64,000 nucleotides of DNA from Auanema rhodensis (lineage: Eukaryota > Animalia > Nematoda). Below, one piece after another: positions 1-11,000 of the stretch. A model generated the notes under the pieces. That model did not search any database and had not been told where the DNA came from. It saw nothing but the letters and a program-made list of their open reading frames with translations. A program made the translations under genes and the position numbers. Positions within the stretch are counted from its first letter, which is position 1. Each line of letters starts with the position of its first letter. Location of the stretch: contig OZ059896.1 of the NCBI GenBank assembly GCA_964057225.1, positions 22,754,001 through 22,818,000 on the forward strand, read 5' to 3'.

Positions 1-176
1 CGGTTTTCAAAATTAGATTCCCCATGTCCATATTAGTCTAAAAACAAATTTTTATTGATATTGGTTCATGGTAACCATGACTTTGAAATTTACGTGAACT
101 TTAATTTATGCTAATTAAATGTACACGTGATGTGCACTTGGTATGTAACTCGCTTCACGTGAAAGATAAAGAGATG
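1..176 (+). repeat. Reference monomer (the commonest type), 176 bp, 5 CpG, multiple dyad symmetries
   Basis: Read directly. Dyads: TTTT-C-AAAA m4-12; TAAAAA-CAAA-TTTTTA m39-54; TCATGGT-A-ACCATGA m66-80; imperfect 22-bp dyad m83-104; TTTAATT-TATGCT-AATTAAA m100-119; TGTACA m120-125; CACGTG m124-129; GTGCAC m132-137; TTCACGTGAA m154-163. Confidence 0.97.
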
Positions 177-3100
177 CGGTTTTCAAAATTAGATTCCCCA
201 TGTCCATATTAGTCTAAAAACAAAATTTTATTGATATTGGTTCATGGTAACCATGACTTTGAAATTTACGTGAACTTTAATTTATGCTAATTAAATGTAC
301 ACGTGATGTGCACTTGGTATGTAACTCGCTTCACGTGAAAGATAAAGAGATGCGGTTTTCAAAATTAGATTCCCCATGTCCATATTAGTCTAAAAACAAA
401 TTTCTATTGATATTGGTTTATGGTAACCATGTCTTTGAAATTTACGTGAACTTTAATTTATGCTAATTAAATGTTCACGTGATGTGCACTTGGTATGTAA
501 CTCGCTTCACGTGAAAGATAAAGAGATGCGGTTTTCAAAATTAGATTCCCCATGTCCATATTAGTCTAAAAACAAATTTTTATTAATATTGGTTCATGGT
601 AACCATGTCTTTGAAATTTACGTGAACTTTAATTTATGCTAATTAAATGTACACGTGATGTGCACTTGGTATGTAACTCGCTTCACGTGAAAGATAAAAA
701 GATGCAGTTTTCAAAATTAGATTCCCCATGTCCATATTAGTCTAAAAACAAATTTTTATTGATATTGGTTCATGGTAACCATGTCTTTGAAATTTACGTG
801 AACTTTAATTTATGCTAATTAAATCTACACGTGATGTGCACTTGGTATGTAACTCGCTTCACGTGAAAAATAAAAAGATGCGGTTTTCAAAATTAGATTC
901 CCCATGTCCATATTAGTCTAAAAACAAATTTTTATTAATATTGGTTCATGGTAACCATGACTTTGAAATTTACGTGAACTTTAATTTATGCTAATTAAAT
1001 GTACACGTGATGTGCACTTGGTTTGTAACTCGCTTCACGTGAAAGATAAAGAGATGCGGTTTTCAAAATTAGATTCCCCATGTCCATATTAGTCTAAAAA
1101 CAAATTTTTATTGATATTGGTTCATGGTAACCATGACTTTGAAATTTACGTGAACTTTAATTTATGCTAATTAAATGTACACGTGATGTGCACTTGGTAT
1201 GTAACTCGCTTCACGTGAAAGATAAAGAGATGCGGTTTTCAAAATTAGATTCCCCATGTCCATATTAGTCTAAAAACAAATTTTTATTGATATTGGTTCA
1301 TGGTAACCATGACTTTGAAATTTACGTGAACTTTAATTTATGCTAATTAAATGTACACGTGATGTGCACTTGGTATGTAACTCGCTTCACGTGAAAGATA
1401 AAGAGATGCGGTTTTTAAAATTAGATTCCCCATGTCCATATTAGTCTAAAAACAAATTTTTATTAATATTGGTTCATGGTAACCATGTCTTTGAAATTTA
1501 CGTGAACTTTAATTTATGCTAATTAAATGTACACGTGATGTGCACTTGGTATGTAACTCGCTTCACGTGAAAGATAAAGAGATGCGGTTTTCAAAATTAG
1601 ATTCCCCATGTCCATATTAGTCTAAAAACAAATTTTTATTGATATTGGTTCATGGTAACCATGTTTTTGAAATTTACGTGAACTTTAATTTATGCTAATT
1701 AAATGTACACGTGATGTGCACTTGGTATGTAACTCGCTTCACGTGAAAAATAAAGAGATGCGGTTTTCAAAATTAGATTCCCCATGTCCATATTAGTCTA
1801 AAAACAAATTTTTATTGATATTGGTTCATGGTAACCATGACTTTGAAATTTACGTGAACTTTAATTTATGCTAATTAAATGTACACGTGATGTGCACTTG
1901 GTATGTAACTCGCTTCACGTGAAAGATAAAGAGATGCGGTTTTCAAAATTAGATTCCCCATGTCCATATTAGTCTAAAAACAAATTTCTATTGATATTGG
2001 TTTATGGTAACCATGTCTTTGAAATTTACGTGAACTTTAATTTATGCTAATTAAATGTACACGTGATGTGCACTTGGTATGTAACTCGCTTCACGTGAAA
2101 AATAAAAAGATGCGGTTTTCAAAATTAGATTCCCCATGTCCATATTAGTCTAAAAACAAATTTTTATTAATATTGGTTCATGGTAACCATGTCTTTGAAA
2201 TTTACGTGAACTTTAATTTATGCTAATTAAATGTACACGTGATGTGCACTTGGTATGTAACTCGCTTCACGTGAAAGATAAAGAGATGCGGTTTTCAAAA
2301 TTAGATTCCCCATGTCCATATTAGTCTAAAAACAAATTTTTATTGATATTGGTTCATGGTAACCATGACTTTGAAATTTACGTGAACTTTAATTTATGCT
2401 AATTAAATGTACACGTGATGTGCACTTGGTATGTAACTCGCTTCACGTGAAAAATAAAGAGATGCGGTTTTCAAAATTAGATTCCCCATGTCCATATTAG
2501 TCTAAAAACAAATTTTTATTAATATTGGTTCATGGTAACCATGTCTTTGAAATTTACGTGAACTTTAATTTATGCTAATTAAATGTACACGTGATGTGCA
2601 CTTGGTTTGTAACTCGCTTCACGTGAAAGATAAAGAGATGCGGTTTTCAAAATTAGATTCCCCATGTCCATATTAGTCTAAAAACAAATTTTTATTGATA
2701 TTGGTTCATGGTAACCATGACTTTGAAATTTACGTGAACTTTAATTTATGCTAATTAAATGTACACGTGATGTGCACTTGGTATGTAACTCGCTTCACGT
2801 GAAAGATAAAGAGATGCGGTTTTCAAAATTAGATTCCCCATGTCCATATTAGTCTAAAAACAAATTTTTATTGATATTGGTTCATGGTAACCATGACTTT
2901 GAAATTTACGTGAACTTTAATTTATGCTAATTAAATGTACACGTGATGTGCACTTGGTATGTAACTCGCTTCACGTGAAAGATAAAGAGATGCGGTTTTT
3001 AAAATTAGATTCCCCATGTCCATATTAGTCTAAAAACAAATTTTTATTAATATTGGTTCATGGTAACCATGTCTTTGAAATTTACGTGAACTTTAATTTA

Positions 3101-4048
3101 TGCTAATTAAATGTACACGTGATGTGCACTTGGTATGTAACTCGCTTCACGTGAAAGATAAAGAGATGCGGTTTTCAAAATTAGATTCCCCATGTCCATA
3201 TTAGTCTAAAAACAAATTTTTATTGATATTGGTTCATGGTAACCATGTTTTTGAAATTTACGTGAACTTTAATTTATGCTAATTAAATGTACACGTGATG
3301 TGCACTTGGTATGTAACTCGCTTCACGTGAAAAATAAAGAGATGCGGTTTTCAAAATTAGATTCCCCATGTCCATATTAGTCTAAAAACAAATTTTTATT
3401 GATATTGGTTCATGGTAACCATGACTTTGAAATTTACGTGAACTTTAATTTATGCTAATTAAATGTACACGTGATGTGCACTTGGTATGTAACTCGCTTC
3501 ACGTGAAAGATAAAGAGATGCGGTTTTCAAAATTAGATTCCCCATGTCCATATTAGTCTAAAAACAAATTTCTATTGATATTGGTTTATGGTAACCATGT
3601 CTTTGAAATTTACGTGAACTTTAATTTATGCTAATTAAATGTACACGTGATGTGCACTTGGTATGTAACTCGCTTCACGTGAAAGATAAAGAGATGCGGT
3701 TTTCAAAATTAGATTCCCCATGTCCATATTAGTCTAAAAACAAATTTCTATTGATATTGGTTTATGGTAACCATGTCTTTGAAATTTACGTGAACTTTAA
3801 TTTATGCTAATTAAATGTTCACGTGATGTGCACTTGGTATGTAACTCGCTTCACGTGAAAGATAAAGAGATGCGGTTTTCAAAATTAGATTCCCCATGTC
3901 CATATTAGTCTAAAAACAAATTTTTATTAATATTGGTTCATGGTAACCATGTCTTTGAAATTTACGTGAACTTTAATTTATGCTAATTAAATGTACACGT
4001 GATGTGCACTTGGTATGTAACTCGCTTCACGTGAAAGATAAAAAGATG

Positions 4049-7000
4049 CAGTTTTCAAAATTAGATTCCCCATGTCCATATTAGTCTAAAAACAAATTTT
4101 TATTGATATTGGTTCATGGTAACCATGTCTTTGAAATTTACGTGAACTTTAATTTATGCTAATTAAATCTACACGTGATGTGCACTTGGTATGTAACTCG
4201 CTTCACGTGAAAAATAAAAAGATGCGGTTTTCAAAATTAGATTCCCCATGTCCATATTAGTCTAAAAACAAATTTTTATTAATATTGGTTCATGGTAACC
4301 ATGACTTTGAAATTTACGTGAACTTTAATTTATGCTAATTAAATGTACACGTGATGTGCACTTGGTATGTAACTCGCTTCACGTGAAAGATAAAGAGATG
4401 CGGTTTTCAAAATTAGATTCCCCATGTCCATATTAGTCTAAAAACAAATTTTTATTGATATTGGTTCATGGTAACCATGACTTTGAAATTTACGTGAACT
4501 TTAATTTATGCTAATTAAATGTACACGTGATGTGCACTTGGTATGTAACTCGCTTCACGTGAAAGATAAAGAGATGCGGTTTTCAAAATTAGATTCCCCA
4601 TGTCCATATTAGTCTAAAAACAAATTTTTATTGATATTGGTTCATGGTAACCATGACTTTGAAATTTACGTGAACTTTAATTTATGCTAATTAAATGTAC
4701 ACGTGATGTGCACTTGGTATGTAACTCGCTTCACGTGAAAGATAAAGAGATGCGGTTTTTAAAATTAGATTCCCCATGTCCATATTAGTCTAAAAACAAA
4801 TTTTTATTAATATTGGTTCATGGTAACCATGTCTTTGAAATTTACGTGAACTTTAATTTATGCTAATTAAATGTACACGTGATGTGCTCTTGGTATGTAA
4901 CTCGCTTCACGTGAAAGATAAAGAGATGCGGTTTTCAAAATTAGATTCCCCATGTCCATTTTAGTCTAAAAACAAATTTTTATTGATATTGGTTTATGGT
5001 AACCATATCTTTGAAATTTACGTGAACTTTAATTTATGCTAATTAAATGTACACGTGATGTGCACTTGGTATGTAACTCGCTTCACGTGAAAGATAAAGA
5101 GATGCGGTTTTCAAAATTAGATTCCCCATGTCCATATTAGTCTAAAAACAAATTTTTATTGATATTGGTTCATGGTAACCATGTTTTTGAAATTTACGTG
5201 AACTTTAATTTATGCTAATTAAATGTACACGTGATGTGCACTTGGTAAGTAACTCGCTTCACGTGAAAAATAAAGAGATGCGGTTTTCAAAATTAGATTC
5301 CCCATGTCCATATTAGTCTAAAAACAAATTTTTATTGATATTGGTTCATGGTAACCATGACTTTGAAATTTACGTGAACTTTAATTTATGCTAATTAAAT
5401 GTACACGTGATGTGCACTTGGTATGTAACTCGCTTCACGTGAAAGATAAAGAGATGCGGTTTTCAAAATTAGATTCCCCATGTCCATATTAGTCTAAAAA
5501 CAAATTTCTATTGATATTGGTTTATGGTAACCATGTCTTTGAAATTTACGTGAACTTTAATTTATGCTAATTAAATGTACACGTGATGTGCACTTGGTAT
5601 GTAACTCGCTTCACGTGAAAAATAAAAAGATGCGGTTTTCAAAATTAGATTCCCCATGTCCATATTAGTCTAAAAACAAATTTTTATTAATATTGGTTCA
5701 TGGTAACCATGTCTTTGAAATTTACGTGAACTTTAATTTATGCTAATTAAATGTACACGTGATGTGCACTTGGTATGTAACTCGCTTCACGTGAAAGATA
5801 AAGAGATGCGGTTTTCAAAATTAGATTCCCCATGTCCATATTAGTCTAAAAACAAATTTTTATTAATATTGGTTCATGGTAACCATGTCTTTGAAATTTA
5901 CGTGAACTTTAATTTATGCTAATTAAATGTACACGTGATGTGCACTTGGTATGTAACTCGCTTCACGTGAAAGATAAAAAGATGCAGTTTTCAAAATTAG
6001 ATTCCCCATGTCCATATTAGTCTAAAAACAAATTTTTATTGATATTGGTTCATGGTAACCATGTCTTTGAAATTTACGTGAACTTTAATTTATGCTAATT
6101 AAATGTACACGTGATGTGCACTTGGTATGTAACTCGCTTCACGTGAAAGATAAAAAGATGCAGTTTTCAAAATTAGATTCCCCATGTCCATATTAGTCTA
6201 AAAACAAATTTTTATTGATATTGGTTCATGGTAACCATGTCTTTGAAATTTACGTGAACTTTAATTTATGCTAATTAAATCTACACGTGATGTGCACTTG
6301 GTATGTAACTCGCTTCACGTGAAAAATAAAAAGATGCGGTTTTCAAAATTAGATTCCCCATGTCCATATTAGTCTAAAAACAAATTTTTATTAATATTGG
6401 TTCATGGTAACCATGACTTTGAAATTTACGTGAACTTTAATTTATGCTAATTAAATGTACACGTGATGTGCACTTGGTATGTAACTCGCTTCACGTGAAA
6501 GATAAAGAGATGCGGTTTTCAAAATTAGATTCCCCATGTCCATATTAGTCTAAAAACAAATTTTTATTGATATTGGTTCATGGTAACCATGACTTTGAAA
6601 TTTACGTGAACTTTAATTTATGCTAATTAAATGTACACGTGATGTGCACTTGGTATGTAACTCGCTTCACGTGAAAGATAAAGAGATGCGGTTTTCAAAA
6701 TTAGATTCCCCATGTCCATATTAGTCTAAAAACAAATTTTTATTGATATTGGTTCATGGTAACCATGACTTTGAAATTTACGTGAACTTTAATTTATGCT
6801 AATTAAATGTACACGTGATGTGCACTTGGTATGTAACTCGCTTCACGTGAAAGATAAAGAGATGCGGTTTTTAAAATTAGATTCCCCATGTCCATATTAG
6901 TCTAAAAACAAATTTTTATTAATATTGGTTCATGGTAACCATGTCTTTGAAATTTACGTGAACTTTAATTTATGCTAATTAAATGTACACGTGATGTGCT

Positions 7001-8056
7001 CTTGGTATGTAACTCGCTTCACGTGAAAGATAAAGAGATGCGGTTTTCAAAATTAGATTCCACATGTCCATTTTAGTCTAAAAACAAATTTTTATTGATA
7101 TTGGTTTATGGTAACCATATCTTTGAAATTTACGTGAACTTTAATTTATGCTAATTAAATGTACACGTGATGTGCACTTGGTATGTAACTCGCTTCACGT
7201 GAAAGATAAAGAGATGCGGTTTTCAAAATTAGATTCCCCATGTCCATATTAGTCTAAAAACAAATTTTTATTGATATTGGTTCATGGTAACCATGTTTTT
7301 GAAATTTACGTGAACTTTAATTTATGCTAATTAAATGTACACGTGATGTGCACTTGGTAAGTAACTCGCTTCACGTGAAAAATAAAGAGATGCGGTTTTC
7401 AAAATTAGATTCCCCATGTCCATATTAGTCTAAAAACAAATTTTTATTGATATTGGTTCATGGTAACCATGACTTTGAAATTTACGTGAACTTTAATTTA
7501 TGCTAATTAAATGTACACGTGATGTGCACTTGGTATGTAACTCGCTTCACGTGAAAGATAAAGAGATGCGGTTTTCAAAATTAGATTCCCCATGTCCATA
7601 TTAGTCTAAAAACAAATTTCTATTGATATTGGTTTATGGTAACCATGTCTTTGAAATTTACGTGAACTTTAATTTATGCTAATTAAATGTACACGTGATG
7701 TGCACTTGGTATGTAACTCGCTTCACGTGAAAAATAAAAAGATGCGGTTTTCAAAATTAGATTCCCCATGTCCATATTAGTCTAAAAACAAATTTTTATT
7801 AATATTGGTTCATGGTAACCATGTCTTTGAAATTTACGTGAACTTTAATTTATGCTAATTAAATGTACACGTGATGTGCACTTGGTATGTAACTCGCTTC
7901 ACGTGAAAGATAAAGAGATGCGGTTTTCAAAATTAGATTCCCCATGTCCATATTAGTCTAAAAACAAATTTTTATTAATATTGGTTCATGGTAACCATGT
8001 CTTTGAAATTTACGTGAACTTTAATTTATGCTAATTAAATGTACACGTGATGTGCT
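4049..8056. repeat. Local higher-order duplication, 12-monomer period (2112 bp)
   Basis: Rare variant ggtaAgt at 5248 and 7360 (difference 2112). The gtgcTct, ccatTtta and gtTtttga variants recur at the same offset. Boundaries are approximate. Confidence 0.85.
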
Positions 8057-11000
8057 CTTGGTATGTAACTCGCTTCACGTGAAAAATAAAAAGATGCGGT
8101 TTTCAAAATTAGATTCCCCATGTCCATATTAGTCTAAAAACAAATTTTTATTGATATTGGTTCATGGTAACCATGACTTTGAAATTTACGTGAACTTTAA
8201 TTTATGCTAATTAAATGTACACGTGATGTGCACTTGGTATGTAACTCGCTTCACGTGAAAGATAAAGAGATGCGGTTTTCAAAATTAGATTCCCCATGTC
8301 CATATTAGTCTAAAAACAAATTTTTATTGATATTGGTTCATGGTAACCATGACTTTGAAATTTACGTGAACTTTAATTTATGCTAATTAAATGTACACGT
8401 GATGTGCACTTGGTATGTAACTCGCTTCACGTGAAAGATAAAGAGATGCGGTTTTCAAAATTAGATTCCCCATGTCCATATTAGTCTAAAAACAAATTTT
8501 TATTGATATTGGTTCATGGTAACCATGACTTTGAAATTTACGTGAACTTTAATTTATGCTAATTAAATGTACACGTGATGTGCACTTGGTATGTAACTCG
8601 CTTCACGTGAAAGATAAAGAGATGCAGTTTTTAAAATTAGATTCCCCATGTCCATATTAGTCTAAAAACAAATTTTTATTAATATTGGTTCATGGTAACC
8701 ATGTCTTTGAAATTTACGTGAACTTTAATTTATGCTAATTAAATGTACACGTGATGTGCTCTTGGTATGTAACTCGCTTCACGTGAAAGATAAAGAGATG
8801 CGGTTTTCAAAATTAGATTCCCCATGTCCATTTTAGTCTAAAAACAAATTTTTATTGATATTGGTTTATGGTAACCATATCTTTGAAATTTACGTGAACT
8901 TTAATTTATGCTAATTAAATGTACACGTGATGTGCACTTGGTATGTAACTCGCTTCACGTGAAAGATAAAGAGATGCGGTTTTCAAAATTAGATTCCCCA
9001 TGTCCATATTAGTCTAAAAACAAATTTTTATTGATATTGGTTCATGGTAACCATGACTTTGAAATTTACGTGAACTTTAATTTATGCTAATTAAATGTAC
9101 ACGTGATGTGCACTTGGTATGTAACTCGCTTCACGTGAAAAATAAAGAGATGCGGTTTTCAAAATTAGATTCCCCATGTCCATATTAGTCTAAAAACAAA
9201 TTTTTATTGATATTGGTTCATGGTAACCATGACTTTGAAATTTACGTGAACTTTAATTTATGCTAATTAAATGTACACGTGATGTGCACTTGGTATGTAA
9301 CTCGCTTCACGTGAAAGATAAAGAGATGCGGTTTTCAAAATTAGATTCCCCATGTCCATATTAGTCTAAAAACAAATTTTTATTAATATTGGTTCATGGT
9401 AACCATGACTTTGAAATTTACGTGAACTTTAATTTATGCTAATTAAATGTACACGTGATGTGCACTTGGTATGTAACTCGCTTCACGTGAAAGATAAAGA
9501 GATGCGGTTTTTAAAATTAGATTCCCCATGTCCATATTAGTCTAAAAACAAATTTCTATTGATATTGGTTTATGGTAACCATATCTTTGAAATTTACGTG
9601 AACTTTAATTTATGCTAATTAAATGTACACGTGATGTGCACTTGGTATGTAACTCGCTTCACGTGAAAAATAAAGAGATGCGGTTTTCAAAATTAGATTC
9701 CCCATGTCCATATTAGTCTAAAAACAAATTTTTATTGATATTGGTTCATGGTAACCATGACTTTGAAATTTACGTGAACTTTAATTTATGCTAATTAAAT
9801 GTACACGTGATGTGCACTTGGTATGTAACTCGCTTCACGTGAAAGATAAAGAGATGCGGTTTTCAAAATTAGATTCCCCATGTCCATATTAGTCTAAAAA
9901 CAAATTTTTATTAATATTGGTTCATGGTAACCATGACTTTGAAATTTACGTGAACTTTAATTTATGCTAATTAAATGTACACGTGATGTGCACTTGGTAT
10001 GTAACTCGCTTCACGTGAAAGATAAAGAGATGCGGTTTTTAAAATTAGATTCCCCATGTCCATATTAGTCTAAAAACAAATTTCTATTGATATTGGTTTA
10101 TGGTAACCATATCTTTGAAATTTACGTGAACTTTAATTTATGCTAATTAAATGTACACGTGATGTGCACTTGGTATGTAACTCGCTTCACGTGAAAGATA
10201 AAGAGATGCGGTTTTCAAAATTAGATTCCCCATGTCCATATTAGTCTAAAAACAAATTTTTATTGATATTGGTTCATGGTAACCATGTCTTTGAAATTTA
10301 CGTGAACTTTAATTTATGCTAATTAAATGTACACGTGATGTGCACTTGGTATGTAACTCGCTTCACGTGAAAGATAAAAAGATGCAGTTTTCAAAATTAG
10401 ATTCCCCATGTCCATATTAGTCTAAAAACAAATTTTTATTGATATTGGTTCATGGTAACCATGTCTTTGAAATTTACGTGAACTTTAATTTATGCTAATT
10501 AAATCTACACGTGATGTGCACTTGGTATGTAACTCGCTTCACGTGAAAAATAAAGAGATGCGGTTTTCAAAATTAGATTCCCCATGTCCATATTAGTCTA
10601 AAAACAAATTTTTATTAATATTGGTTCATGGTAACCATGACTTTGAAATTTACGTGAACTTTAATTTATGCTAATTAAATCTACACGTGATGTGCACTTG
10701 GTATGTAACTCGCTTCACGTGAAAAATAAAGAGATGCGGTTTTCAAAATTAGATTCCCCATGTCCATATTAGTCTAAAAACAAATTTTATTAATATTGGT
10801 TCATGGTAACCATGACTTTGAAATTTACGTGAACTTTAATTTATGCTAATTAAATGTACACGTGATGTGCACTTGGTATGTAACTCGCTTCACGTGAAAG
10901 ATAAAGAGATGTGGTTTTCAAAATTAGATTCCCCATGTCCATATTAGTCTAAAAACAAATTTTTATTAATATTGGTTCATGGTAACCATGTCTTTGAAAT

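Noticed and set aside
4-119. Phased A-tract intrinsic curvature
   Set aside because: A/T tracts exist (m4-12, 40-53, 82-91, 100-107, 113-119), but I could not establish a regular 10-11 bp phasing by eye. A curvature calculation would be needed.
1-176. CENP-B box, telomeric repeat, 5S rRNA, tRNA or snRNA tandem gene unit
   Set aside because: The consensus has no TTCG....A..CGGG on either strand, no telomere motif, and no recognisable Pol III A/B/C boxes or structural RNA sequence.
1-176. Assignment to Brassica CentBr (also ~176 bp) or another named satellite
   Set aside because: Only the length matches. The sequence does not match what I recall, and no database search could be run.
10785-10788. 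Unique 175-bp monomer (T5->T4 at m49-53)
   Set aside because: It is a singleton homopolymer contraction, and the paralogous monomer at ~27456 has five T. It may well be a sequencing or consensus error.
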